A DNA stretch of 63,546 nucleotides, filler included, from Licmophora abbreviata (Eukaryota): NCBI GenBank assembly GCA_900291995.1. It is 11 parts of 11 records of this genome, joined end to end, with 100 filler letters (N's around TTAATTAATTAA, not from the genome) between each part and the next. Parts side by side here need not be neighbours in the genome. Positions count along the whole stretch, not along the records: positions 44,284 to 50,620 come from OLMU01002713.1; positions 50,721 to 53,362 come from OLMU01002714.1; positions 53,463 to 56,578 come from OLMU01002715.1; positions 56,679 to 62,233 come from OLMU01002716.1; 7 more parts are not named here. One strand, written 5' to 3'. A program made the position numbers and the translations under genes. Shown piece by piece: positions 45,796 through 58,461 of the stretch; position 1 is the first letter of the stretch, and each line of letters starts with the position of its first letter. The notes under the pieces are model-generated. The model was not told the origin of the DNA and did not search any database. It saw only the letters and a list, made by a program, of their open reading frames with translations.

Positions 45796-48700
45796 ATGCT
45801 TCATCGTCAGCTTCCAAGACCATTCGACTCCATTGTTTCTCGAATCGTACTTGAAGATGTCGATAATGCCGACTATTTCCTCATTTGGGCGGGTCTCTTG
45901 CTCACAGCCTTGGCCTTCATCCAAACCAAGGCGTTTGCTCGACCACCGCCCGTGCCGCTGAAGAAACTTCCGCGACGGCCTGCGATCAATATACTTTTCA
46001 AGCCGGACGAGATTAGTTCGTCAGCCGGCACTGAGACGACTCAGCCCGTGTCGGATTCGTCGAGTACACAGCCTCGACGCAGTGTACGACATCGGGCGTC
46101 CGATGTGGTGAGATCCATCTTTCGATCCACTCGTTCAGTTGCGAGCGATGAGGGGGTTACCGGTGTGGATAAGCCTCTGGATGGTATCTCCAGGGCGGAT
46201 AGTGAGTATATGAGCGAGTCGTCACAGAAAGATATCGACAAGGAAGATCTCTACGAAAACTCTACTCATTCCCCCGCCGAGTCCCCCTTTCTTCATTCGC
46301 ACGATCTCCCCGATTCCTTTGCACCGTTGCTGTCGTCGTCTCAAATAGAGGTGTTGCGTCATCAATTAACAGCTGACCTCATTCATGCTGTGCAAGTAAA
46401 GGGCGGCTTGAGGGTTCGCGAGGGACGGCACGAGATCCCCCTTGACAAGGACAGCTCGAGGCCTCAGTTTCGTCTGGACGTTCCGAAAGGCGGTTGTAGA
46501 TGGACAATGACCGCCACCGTTGGAAGCGATGGGTTGACTAGCGAAGAGGACCTCGACGTGTCTCGTTCAACGGCGACGCGATCCCGGCCGATGGTCAAGG
46601 GTGCCTCGATCACGTTGGACCCGCCGCTGCCATTGGCGAATGTTGCACCGACGCTGATCCACTTTCCGACTCTGTTCGAAGACAACTTTGTACCAAGTCT
46701 ACGGCGAATCCAGATCGTGCGATTTGCAATCGATCTGATGGCGTCCCTTTCCTCGTTTATCGAAAAGATGCTCTGGATCATTGAGAGTAAGTGTCAGATC
46801 CAGCTCTCCAAGGTACAGGTCACCCCATTGTACAAGGGAAGCTCTGAAAACAAGCCTGAATGGCGCCTTCGATTATCATTTAGTGGGCACGTGTTGCTGT
46901 TTGGGTGGATACCGGTTCCATTTGTCGGCGTGATACTACCAACCTTTATCATTCCGCACCCGCATGCCCTCTTGGAGTATCTACTCACATCTCAGCCACT
47001 TGCGTCGGCAAAACTCAGGAGAGAGAACATTGCGGAACAGCAGATTGCGTTAGCGGCCGTCAACACTGTCGAAAATTGGAATGTCGATATCAAGACTGTC
47101 GCCACGCCGCCAGCTCTTGGCTTGGATGTCACGCTGCCAGGTGGGGTGGCTGTTGCTATGGAATTGATGCATGGCAGAGACGCAGGAGCTGGAGTAAGGA
47201 AGAGTGAGTTGGATGTTACAGCTTCCACCATCGGAGGGAATGAATCCGTCGTATCGGGAAGTTCCATGTCCTCCTGGACGACGGTAGACAACACAGGAAG
47301 CAGAAGCCACCTTAGACACAGACGGGGTGGTGCTGTGCCTCTTTCGTCCCCTAGCGCCGCAAGATTGTTGCCTCCGTTTGACGCAAACGAGCTAGTGCCG
47401 TGGAAATTTGAGCTTTCGACAAAGGGATTTATCAGCCACACCAAAATAACGGTGCACATTATTAAGTGTTTGGCACAGCACGAAGATAAGAGTACGAGTC
47501 TCCCCACGGAAAGCAAGTTCATGACCTCCGGTAGCCTCGCCATTTGGAAGGCCGATCTTTCGAGAGCCGACTTGCCGAAATCCAAGAATGGAGTCCCAAG
47601 CAACGACTTGCAAAGGCGATCCAACAGTTTCGGTCATCTCATGGCTCTTACTTCTTCCGCTGACTCTCCATCGGTTGCAGAGATTTTCCTTTTTCCTCAA
47701 CAGCCCCCCTCGGCGTCGAGGGCTCAGAGGATGCTCCGCATGTTGCAGTACGACTACACGTTCGACGTGTGGGACGATACCCAGCTTGATGCCGTCACCC
47801 TTTCGGTCGGTGCATCCCACCCAATGATAACAGGCAAGTTTTCAAGGCTCTACCGTGAATCGGTACAACTCAAAGGCTGTTTTTGAGTCATTCTCACATG
47901 TTTGTCATTGTTCCACAGGCGGTTCCATGGTCACGACGATTCTGGAGAACATTTACGCTTTCGGCTCAATGACCGCAAGAGATGGTGCCACTCTTGACCC
48001 GAGCGAGCCCAATAGAAAACGGAACATCCTTCGACACTTGCCGGCGGTTGAGTTTACCTTTGGCATTCAGAATTTCTTCATCCCGGTTGAAAGCATGAGC
48101 TACTCGGACGACGGGCAAACAAAGCTCACCCCTGAACTGGAATTTGGGCGGATGATGTTGCGAATAACCGGTGGTGATGCGGGTGGAGATTCCGATGAAC
48201 CAGCACTGGCGAATGACGGCCAGCCTTTGAGGGTGACATCGATGTCAGATGGCATTAAACTTGTAGCAGACTTTGGAATCGGCGCACTTGCTCTGGACAG
48301 CGAGTCCAAAGTGAAAGAATTTACAGAGTTGGACATTTTTGAAGGAACAAAATTGAGGAGTCTTTTGTCAGGAGAGCTCACTGGCCGCGTGGCTAGTCAC
48401 CTTCGACCTCAGAAATTATCGTCGTCGTTGTCAACTACTGGTCCGAACATCTTCAACCCGTTGGAGGCCTACGAGATCGACTTTTCCGGTTCGTCGCTTT
48501 CGTTTAAAGTCAAAGAGTCAACGTCGACCCTGGGCCACCGACGAATCATTATTCCCACGGAAAGTACCCTTGTAGCGAAAATTGTCGACAGCGTCGTAGA
48601 CATGACTTTGGAGGGCAGAACGGAATGCGAGCTAAGTTGGGATTTTCAAGGCTTGTCGCCGATCCTTCAGGTCGCAGCGATAGGAGAGTCTCCAGCCCGT

Positions 48701-51700
48701 GTTGATCACGAGAACAAACAGCAGGTGTCGCTTCTTATAGGTCCCTTGCGACAAGGTCGGCTCAACTTCCACGTTTCGTCTGTGGGTGGAATCGCCGTTA
48801 CCAAGGCGAAAACTTCGAGAGAGAACAAAGAGGGGCTTTTCGATTGGAAATTTTTCAATGCTATTGTATCGCCAGATCATGAGTCCGCTGAGCGTATCTT
48901 GGAAGTCGTTCACGATAGGCGAACGATGGATAAACTGCTGCAGGTAATTAGTCTTGTCAGTACGGAGTTACACAAGATTTTACGATACGTATTGACGCAA
49001 GGTAAGTCTCATCTTCTTGCATGTGCGAATCAGTTTCGCTTTGACTTGTGCTTGAAAACATCCCAACAACTCATCCTTTTTTAATCTTGGCGCGCAGTAT
49101 GGAGAGCCAAAGAAATTTTTGACCAGGAAGGAGTTTCAGATCCTGGTCATGTTATCCCCGAATACAAGATGGCGAGGCTTGTGTCCCTCTTTCTCTGCGG
49201 GGACGTAAGTCAAGTAGACGTGGTCGTCCCCATTATCCAACGAGTGGTCGCGGGGGAAGGGTTGGACGTCGTGAAAGTAAAAGAGCTCCTTCGACAGAAT
49301 TTGGATTTGTATGATGAGTGGGCCCCCGAGATAGATCGCGGTGTCCGGTGGGCCGCTGGTAAGATGGCTTTTACATGCCGTTTGCTCTACTGTATGTCTC
49401 TTCCACTTACAAGCTTGTATTTCTCCCTTTCTGTGATTGCAGTCATGTTGGGCCCGATGCCTGCTCGAACTCCTTTGGTAGATGCCTCAGTTCCCCCTCT
49501 CGCTCAGTTGCCACAGTACTCCGCGCGCTTCAATGAAATTCCGTCCGCACTTGAGTTGTACGGCAAGATTCGCGACAAACCGCAACTTCCTTTAGATCCT
49601 GGCTTTTCCAACCTTGTTAGTCATGTTGCACCGTAAGTGTTCGAGAGTTACATTTCTGTTAAGTGTTGTCCGTCGCTCAATAATTTATGATACCACGTCG
49701 TCTTGCCAGCCATTTGAGTCTGAGTCAGGTGGAGTACTTTTTAAAGATTCGCGCAACGACAGACTGGCAGCCATCGGATCTAAGGAGACTTCGATATGTC
49801 TATTCCATCAAAATGAAGGTGCGTGAGATATCGGAATCGTATGGGGGATTATCGTTTCTTCCCCAAAGCTTTCTTGTTTCAGTTTTCCTCGGAGAAGCAA
49901 CTCGTGCTAGCCTTCGTGCGACAACGCGTCCGAGACGAAAGCGGAAGCCCAAGTCGAAGTCGGGGCCCTTCACGCAAACAAACGTTTCTACTCTGTCAAC
50001 TCTTCGTCGGCGCCGAATGCGTGGGCGTCGCATAAGCCCCCTCGAAAATATTACGGAGAAGATGGAGGAGGATTTTGTATTGACGCCTGCAGGTCGTGTC
50101 GCCTCGAAGGGCAATCTCGTGGAAGAAAAGGCCGGTGCTCCAGATATGCCCGTCCTTCGCTCGGAGACACCTCACGAAATTCGTGCAATCAACGTCGACA
50201 TTGCGGGTGATTATGACCTCGGTGACTCTCTTCTCGGGCCCCAGGACGTTGCCATTCTTCTACAAGCGGGTCTTACCAGCGCGATGAAGGGATCGACAGT
50301 AGTTCAATTGAATCAACGAATGCTCCTTGACTTGATGGCGAGCCAGCCCAAGAACTTTGCAGTGGCAGTGCTGGCGGAGATCGGTACACCCGGAGGACAA
50401 GGCAGCCCCCGTGGGCTTACATCGGCGCTGATGGCGCTTCTTGAACTAGACCAAAGCTCATTTTCGGAGATACACCGTCTCAACATGCATACCCTTCTTG
50501 AGTCGTGGCTCCCAGGTTTCAAGATTCCTCGGCGCGAGGACTACTTGGCAGGGGGACGATGGGCAAGGCAGAGCTACTATGAAGCAATTTTCGCTCTTTC
50601 TACTGACATCCTTGACGATGNNNNNNNNNNNNNNNNNNNNNNNNNNNNNNNNNNNNNNNNNNNNTTAATTAATTAANNNNNNNNNNNNNNNNNNNNNNNN
50701 NNNNNNNNNNNNNNNNNNNNCGCTCTTTCTACTGACATCCTTGACGATGCAGAGTGCTACATAGCGCTGAAGGTAAGCCGGCCCAACGCCCATTCCTTGT
50801 CTACGTTTACGGTAGCATGACTTTGGTTTCCTTTTCTTCGTTGCTCCCACTCGATAGAGCCATCTACAGCGCAGTCGGAGGTTTAAGGAGGCTGATCAGG
50901 TCCCTGGTCCGAAGGAGAGAGCTATGGGCGATTCCCATGGATCTTCGAGGTTGCATACAGCAATAGCATATGCGAAGCAAAAGGTATTGGAGAATCTGAC
51001 CCGCGATCGTCACTCTTGATACTCTGTGTTCGAGCTTGCTCATCCGTTCTTATAAATAATATTTGTTTGGTTTGCAGATCGAGGAAGCCGATTTAAAGGG
51101 GGCGAGCATCATGGGGCATTTGGTAAACAACGAGGAGTCTGTGAAAGAAAGCGCGGAACATATGTCGGCGGTGGCGACGTATCAAGATGCATTTCGCGCT
51201 TGCGCCGAGGTTCTCAAACTGGACAAACTTTCTTTCCAGTCGAAGTGGTTTCGAGACTTTTACCGAAGGAATTTTGACGCCCTCATGATCAAGTCCTTGC
51301 TCGACAATGTTGTAGACGACATTGACAATGTGCGGTCGTGGTAAGTTTCGCGACATTTTCATGTTCTACTATCGGTCGCGTTGTCTCTTTGCTTATACTT
51401 TATCAATGGATTCTTTGTTATGCGAAGGCTAAATGCGTTACGACGTGGTCCACTTCGGTCTGAAATGTCGCGGCACCGCTTTTCGCCGCCGCGAGGGCGC
51501 TCTTTTGCCGGTGATGAAGAGGATAGCGACAAAGTGGGATCGCCTCCTGGCTCACCTGAGAGTACCGCGTATGCAATGCGGCACGACTTGCCGAGTCCGT
51601 TTTCAACGGATAGGCTGGCGCAGATTAGTAATCAGGACAATATTTTCAGCGATCCAACCGAAAGCTCAGAGCAGGATCTTTTGGACGCTATTCTGGCTGC

Positions 51701-52942
51701 AATAATCTACAGAGAAACGGACAGAGAGCGACTTCGATCAGATCCGCTAGTCGCCTTCTTATCCCCAACCGTCCTGGAAAGTACAACTTTGCAATTGTAT
51801 CGGCGATGGGGGTGATTACAGAAGGGAAGAGTGGACTGGAATTGCACGACGCATTCCGTCGATTGATGGAAATCAGAGGTGTTCCTGTTGTTCGTGCCGA
51901 CACGGGGACAGCCCGCTCTCTAGAATACAATGCTGGCAAAATCGAAGAGGCAATCCTTCAAGCGGTGAATGATCTTGGAAAGCCGTATGGTTTGCTGGGG
52001 TATTCTCAAGGATGTGCGAATGTACTTACAGCTGAGTCGTTGCTCCTGTCCGGTGTGTCTTTATGTACTGTCGTGCTCTAGTGATTGCGCCGGCTTGTGC
52101 CAATCTCTCTCATTATCAATTGCTTGCATTTGTGGTGCTTCTTTCTCTACCGTCACATCCCAGGCTCCCCGGAACAGCAGCGCGCGCTTGTAAATCCAGA
52201 AGCCGGTCTTGTTTGCCGACAATTGCTCTTCAGTGCCGCGAACGGCTCGATGCATGGCCCTGCTACCGACTCGAAAGTTCAGCGCCTCATTGTCATGTGC
52301 GAAGAGTTTTTCAAGTACCAGCAGGGCTACTTTAGTCGCACGTTCACATCGACTGTATTGGAGCTGCTGAACAATATCATGGACTCGGCCGCCTTTCACA
52401 AATTTATCGGGGGAGCACAGTCTATGCTCCCCGAAGGCTGTCGCGCCTTCTGGCGCGAAGCACAGCACTTGTCGCACATTCCGACATGCACCGTCCGGGG
52501 CGTCTTGGAAGAACACACAACACCTGAGTCTTTGGAGATGGTCTCGTCTCTCCTAACGAAGCAGAGCGGTTCGGCTCTTCACGACTCACAGGTGCACGTG
52601 TACGATGCCGTTGGACACCCCGTGTACACTCACAATCGCAATGGCCGCATCCTCAAAAATTGTGCTGTTGGAGAGGGTGCGATCCAGCGAACGCATCACT
52701 GGAGCCCCTTGTCCGACGAAGTAGAGTTTGTTCGTACGCCTCGCGATGTGGAACGATGTTCGTTTGATTGTGCCAAGGATCGTCACGTGTTTCCTTGGGT
52801 CGACTGCAATGTGAGATTTGGGTTTATACAGTATATGGAGGAAGAAGATGATGCGGGAAAGGAAGACGAAGGCACTGAAAGGGATCGCAGTGGTGGAATT
52901 ATCATGGACGGCAGCGAGAATACGGCTAGCAACGACGCCTAG
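45796..52942 (+). CDS. Very large (~2100 aa) N-terminally membrane-anchored protein with a C-terminal alpha/beta-hydrolase (lipase-like) domain; 9 exons, gap at 50621-50720, 1-nt frameshift near 51751
   Basis: TM segment YFLIWAGLLLTALAFI. Introns 47834-47918 (GC-AG), 49002-49097, 49359-49442, 49633-49709, 50773-50857, 50984-51077, 51341-51427 and 52053-52163 all keep the frame. Nucleophile elbow LLGYSQG, with candidate Asp (HDSQV) and His (THHWSPL). Confidence 0.75.
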
Positions 52943-52990
52943 CTAGAACAGAGACAACGTCGTAGGATATAGTTCGATGCTCGTGTTCGA

Positions 52991-53909
52991 CTACTGTTCT
53001 TGATTTTTTCGTTTCTGTTCCTTGTGCTCTTCGTCAAACTCTTCATCAATGGCACAAGCGCATGCAAGAACAAGAAATGGGTCCATCCCTGGAGCGATCC
53101 TGACTTCGTAGTGATTCATGAGGTCGAACTGTGGCAGTAACCCGGCCTTGGTGACTTTCGCCACAACGTCGTTCTGTGCATTTTTCATGGCAAAGTTTCG
53201 ATCAATAAAGTCTCCCTCAAGGCGAAAGGCCGCAGATTTGAATGGGTTGATGCCACCTGACTGATTCTCTAGAAAAACTTCAAACGTATCCGTCAGCGCG
53301 ACGACTTTCTTTTCGATCCATCCGAGTTTGCTATTGTCGTCCTTTCGGTAGAGGTCATAGGTNNNNNNNNNNNNNNNNNNNNNNNNNNNNNNNNNNNNNN
53401 NNNNNNTTAATTAATTAANNNNNNNNNNNNNNNNNNNNNNNNNNNNNNNNNNNNNNNNNNNNGGGTGTCATGGCCACCAGTTTGCGATCCAACTCGACGA
53501 TGTTCGCATCCCCCCTACTGCAGTCCGAAACGCACATTTTATCCTTGCCCGGCAAGTGCAGCATGGCGCCTCGGACACGGGCAAAGAGAGTGTTCGAGCT
53601 CGTATCCGTCACGTCAAAGTCTTCGCCTGTGAAACTCAGAGGTCGCTCTTGAATGGCCAAGACGAGGGGTTCCGAAGAGGTTAAGCTCGACCGCCCTGCC
53701 AGTGGAATATCATACGGAAGAACAGTTTTCTCAGAGAGCTTCCCCCCGGTCAGCATGTCGCCCAAGTCGGAAAAGAGGTTCATTTGGAGGGCCGACGATG
53801 ATGATGGTTGTGATGAGGCGGGAAATTTGGAACCCTGAGACCAGCTGAACGCCATAGATGGAATCAAAAGCGTACACAGTATTACGGCTTTGGGTCGTAG
53901 GAGTGTCAT
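52991..53909 (-). CDS. LURP-one-related (Tubby C-terminal-like/scramblase-like) protein, probably plastid-targeted; spans the gap 53363-53462
   Basis: LSFTGEDFDVTD...ARVRG, RKLVAMTP|TYDLY, FRLEGDFIDRNF and YEVRIAPGMDPFLVLACACAIDE. The signal peptide ends SMA|F. Confidence 0.8.
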
Positions 53910-54141
53910 TGCAGTGTGTCTGATTGTGAACAAGCGAAGGTTGACGAAATCTAGCGACGGCCGCTTCAGAATAAGCTCTGCCATGGTGGAGGGTCGAGGC
54001 TTGGGGGCGGGTGCGCGACGCCGGCGATGGATCGAATGAATCAAAACTAAAGAGCGGGTGACGCACGGACGCGACCGAGAAAACGCGACGGCCGATCCTA
54101 GATCTCACACACATCATTTTCCACAGAGGCGACCATGAACC

Positions 54142-55357
54142 ATGACAGCCCCCGGTTTTTGCTCCAGCACTCGCTGCGCCGTCGCATGTGCCTATCTTCT
54201 GTTCTCCACAGGTCTATCATCTGCGCTGCTCGTCAATGATCGGACGTGCCACGGAAGCTGGAAGAACTGGCGCGGCAATCGACCTCGGTGGGTTTCACAG
54301 TCTCTCCGTCCCTGCTCCGCGCTTTGTACAACGCCTCATCAGTCGACCGAAAGCCAACACTATGAAGCACCCCTTTCATCGCCTATGCATGTACGTCGGC
54401 GTGACTGGCTGGCAACGTCTGCGGGTGCGCTCTCTGGAGCATTCTGCGCTCTCCGACCCTCCCACGCCGCTCCCTCTGATGGCAACCCGCTCGCAGGCCT
54501 CGTCAAGGAACAACAGCAAGCCAAGTCCCTCGAACTCGCATCGGGGTTGCTCGAGAGTAGAGTTTTGGAGAACGTAATGAGTCCCCCGCCTTATGGTATG
54601 GAAGGATCCGATGTCTATTATCCAGCGTGAGTGTAGTCGTGGAACTTGCCTACTGACATCATGTGTGTATCCTATCACTCACTCTTGGCTCTCCTCTTGG
54701 CACTCGCACATCAGCTGGATGTCTGGAACATGGAATGTCGCCTCAACAACAACAGAGGTACAGGCTCCGTGTGGAGTCGCCTTATTTGGTGGAAATACGA
54801 CGCTTGCTACGGCGCAAAAGGAAATTGGTCCGGACCGAGCTCTGCACTACCAAAGTCGCTTCGTCTCTGGCGAAGCCGATTATGTCATTGCCGATCGTGA
54901 GTTTAACGTCAAGAGTATCGCCAAGGTGGCAATGGGTGTCAACAGTGTGGTGGACATTGCGATATCGTCACCGAACAAGTTACGATGTCTCTTGTCTCCT
55001 ACGGGATCGCCGTCCATGTTGACAGTAGACTTGATTACGAGCAATCGACGGCAGGAAGCTATCGACGGCTCCAACTTTCACTGCAGCGAAGTGGTACGGC
55101 AGATTGTCTCTCCGGTGGGTGACTCGACAGCAGGAGCGGCCAGTAGACGGGCTCCACTCTTGAAAGAAATGGAAACGACATCTCTCTACACGCGTGTCAG
55201 CCCAACGGAGATACGCTGTCGTCAACGATCAGCGGCGTTCCTGGTGCCGTCTCAACAAGACCCACTTCAGTTTCAAATGTGGCAAGCCAGTCAAGGTCGA
55301 CCCACTGACGTGCGTTTCTATGATGTTGTCTATACCAAGAAGGGAGAGAGTTTGTAG
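54142..55357 (+). CDS. Conserved plastid protein, probably thylakoid-lumenal (DUF6816-like); intron 54627-54714
   Basis: Signal peptide (...GLSSA|L), a transit peptide, and a twin-arginine-type segment RRRDWLATSAGAL...SHA|A. Conserved-looking DVYYP|AWMSGTW and IADREFN motifs. Confidence 0.65.
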
Positions 55358-55566
55358 TAGAGCGAGCAAAAGTACGTTATAAATAGAGAGAGCGTAAAAC
55401 GAAAGGGTTAGTTGGATAGCTACCGAGAAGAAAACGAGAGCTCCATCGAGCTACGAGGTCTGATCTTCTCAGCGACCATAGCAAGACGCGACACAACACG
55501 TGAAGTATCACGACGGCGACGACACTACGCTGCCGAAGCTCTCCCGAACTTTGTTCTCCCCTTGCC

Positions 55567-56578
55567 ATGTCGAGCGCTATTCCTATTGACTCTTCAAGTA
55601 GTGCTGGAGAGTCCAGCGAAGAGAACTCTTCGGCGATAAGCATTGAAGAGATCGCCTTTGTCGATGACGACGACGTCATTCCACACCGGAGACGCCAACG
55701 CCCGCACCATTCGGACGACGACGATAGCCAGCAGAGTTCTAGTAGCAGTGGCGATAGAGCCCCGCGGTCGTACAAGCGACAGAGACAGCGCTCTAGCAGC
55801 AGTTCTTCGACTTCGGATGACTCCAGTGAAATTTCAGAGACGCCGTTCGCAAGCAAGCCGCAGAATGGAAAGTGCCGAGACACCACTCAATCTAGAACAC
55901 CCGCTGATGGGGGCGGCACATTGCACTTTGAAGACGATGGGAGCGGAAAGAAGACCATGAAGACTTTGACGATGCGCTACGCCTTACAAATCATGGATGA
56001 AGAAGCAAAGCGCAGCGCCCAATCTGTTGCCCAGCGTTTAATGCGAGACGGAAACAAGGTAAGTAAGATCGGACATGAGCGGAAGGTCATGTCGTGTCGT
56101 TTGTTCTCTCAAACTTCCCCTTTTCCTATCGATTGGCAGGACGAATCAAAGACAGTTCAAGTGCGATCGGGACACCATGCCAAAGTTATCTTGACAAAGG
56201 TTCGCGAGAAGCTCCGGGAGGTCAAGGTGGGTTGATGACTATCGAATGGTAGTTTTAGACATGCGACGGAAAAAAAGATTTTCCTCACACTGTCGCACTC
56301 TCTCTATAGATTCCTAAACACTATGTTCGACTCGATGACATGAACGTGAATACGACCGATCTTGGTAAGACCAATGACGATCGTCGCACCGACTTGCAGG
56401 TCAATCGGCAACTCGTCAGGAAGCTCAGGAAACAACGCAATGTTTTGCAGAAGGAGTTCGACGATGCATTGGCAGAAAGGAACAGAGCGTATGAAGAGGT
56501 CAAGACTCAGAAGCAGGGGGAACAAGCGATTTCTTATCCATTGTTGGACGACTATAAAGGGCGCCATGTAGCAGGACT
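55567..56578 (+). CDS. Hypothetical Ser-rich/coiled-coil protein, 3' end in a gap; introns 56059-56139 and 56227-56309
   Basis: The ORF pieces join in frame through GT-AG introns. Coiled-coil segment RQLVRKLRKQRNVLQKEFDDAL. Confidence 0.6.
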
Positions 56579-56802
56579 NNNNNNNNNNNNNNNNNNNNNN
56601 NNNNNNNNNNNNNNNNNNNNNNTTAATTAATTAANNNNNNNNNNNNNNNNNNNNNNNNNNNNNNNNNNNNNNNNNNNNTTGTATCCTAGCTACACAAATG
56701 GAAAGTGTCTGTGCTCTACGAGAGTATAACCATTACGCATGCGTCGTCGTAATATGACACCCTATGACTAGAAGAGCACCCCTTGCTTACCACAGCACTA
56801 GT

Positions 56803-58092
56803 CTACGCACGATTGCCACTGTCGCGATTGTCTGCTTTTCTCTTCGTTCCCCCACCCCGTGTGATTGTCTTATTCGTCGACACATGCTTGGGATGGTTCA
56901 TGACACATTCCCTGTCGTCGCAAAATCCAAGTAGAGCGAAACGCGGACAATCCAATGCACTTTGATTGATCTTGACGTGCCGAAACGGGCACTCGTCACC
57001 CCTCAAGCACTGTCCCTGTCTCTGGAAGAAGGAACAGACAGGCATGGCAGCTTCCTTCGGCACATCGTGGCGCTTTGTGCACTTTTCATCCTGACAAACA
57101 ATGCCTCGGGCAAAAGTTTGACAAATAGGCGTACTCTCTGCGTCAGGCTCGAGTCGAACCAACCCCATGTTGGTTCGACCTCGCCCCCTTCCGCCGCGGC
57201 CGCGACCACGACCACGGCTGGACACCGCCGACGTTGTGATTCGATATGCAAACTCAGTCAACTTCGTAGCGCCGTCGAGGCGAGGCTCCTGCTGATCCGA
57301 AGTTCCAGAAGGACCCGTATTTCTATGCTCGTCCGTTTCGTCTTTGGAAGAGTCGAGCCGTATTCGTTTTGCAGGAGCCTCGGCGGACGAGGACAAGCCA
57401 CCCCGTCGGCTTTGTCGCCCTCGACTGGATTGCGTGTGCTGCGCCCGAAGCGGCAACACGGCTGCCATCGACCCTTGAGGATGAGACGTCGATGAGATTA
57501 ATTTGGGCGGGATCGAGTCATCAGGTCCTCCCCCTTGTCGGCTTGTACGAGGTGCCAAAGTACCTCCCTTGGAGTTGTCGGCTAAGATTAGCTTATTTCG
57601 ACCTCGCTTCTTCATGGCAGGGGGGACGAAATCATGTTTCGGTTGCGATGACGATTTCTCAAACGACGAGTAAGGTCTGGGGTTTTCCTGAGCAGCATGG
57701 ACAATAGTCGACAGAGTCCCACATGACGCCAGTTTCGGCTCGTCTTTTCGTTTCATCTTGGAAGATTCAGAGATTGGTTCCGTTGTGACCTCTTTTATCC
57801 GATCGACGGTGTGTGTACTAGTGGTCGCCGTGCCGTCACTAGTATGGTCGTCCGGAACACTCGCCGTCACAGGCACAGGTCGCTTCCAAGCATGACGTCG
57901 TGGACCTTTGAGTACTGGCCCTCGCTTGGGAGACACCGGCGCTTCTGCTTGCAAAGTGGATGATTCCATCGGCTCGCTTGGGCCATTCTGCGGTCGTACC
58001 CACTTTCTCGTCGCAGTACCACGACCACCGCGTCCGGCGCGACCTCTGCCTCGAGCGGAGCGACGATATCCGTATCCTCGACCCGAAATCAT
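56803..58092 (-). CDS. CCCH zinc-finger protein (ZC3H3/CPSF30-like fingers) with RG-rich regions
   Basis: Three C-terminal fingers (CQTFARGIVCQDEKCTKRH, CSFFQRQGQCLRGDECPFRH, CPRFALLGFCDDRECVMNH) and RGRG repeats. Confidence 0.8.
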   Translation of the reverse strand: MISGRGYGYRRSARGRGRAGRGGRGTATRKWVRPQNGPSEPMESSTLQAEAPVSPKRGPVLKGPRRHAWKRPVPVTASVPDDHTSDGTATTSTHTVDRIKEVTTEPISESSKMKRKDEPKLASCGTLSTIVHAAQENPRPYSSFEKSSSQPKHDFVPPAMKKRGRNKLILADNSKGGTLAPRTSRQGGGPDDSIPPKLISSTSHPQGSMAAVLPLRAQHTQSSRGRQSRRGGLSSSAEAPAKRIRLDSSKDETDEHRNTGPSGTSDQQEPRLDGATKLTEFAYRITTSAVSSRGRGRGRGGRGRGRTNMGLVRLEPDAESTPICQTFARGIVCQDEKCTKRHDVPKEAAMPVCSFFQRQGQCLRGDECPFRHVKINQSALDCPRFALLGFCDDRECVMNHPKHVSTNKTITRGGGTKRKADNRDSGNRA

Positions 58093-58291
58093 TCTTTCTC
58101 GATCTTGTTTGATAGCAGACTCTATTGAGCACTGCTTAGGCTCATTTCAGTGTGGGAGATATTTCAGTTCGGCCACTCTTGGCTGCTACTACGAATGCCA
58201 GTGAGAGGAAAGCCGTCCTGGGTCCTGGGACTGAAATAGGCAAGATTGTGTCGAACTTCTCATCACCATCGCGCGCCGACGCGCTTGACCT

Positions 58292-58448
58292 GTGAGTATC
58301 GTATTCGTGCATGTATCATGCCAGTACATACTCATTGTACGTGATTTCTACGAGTGTCGCATCCGTACACCCGACAGACAGTGAGTGGGTCCGGATGACA
58401 CACTTGCCCACACAAAAGTCACGGTAGATTTTGATTGCTTCCTCCCAG
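58292..58448 (+). other. Possible 5'-UTR intron of SEC61A
   Basis: GTGAGT donor-like site at 58292 and a pyrimidine-rich CCTCCCAG acceptor ending 13 nt before the ATG. Confidence 0.35.
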
Positions 58449-58461
58449 CAGCCGGTTCACG

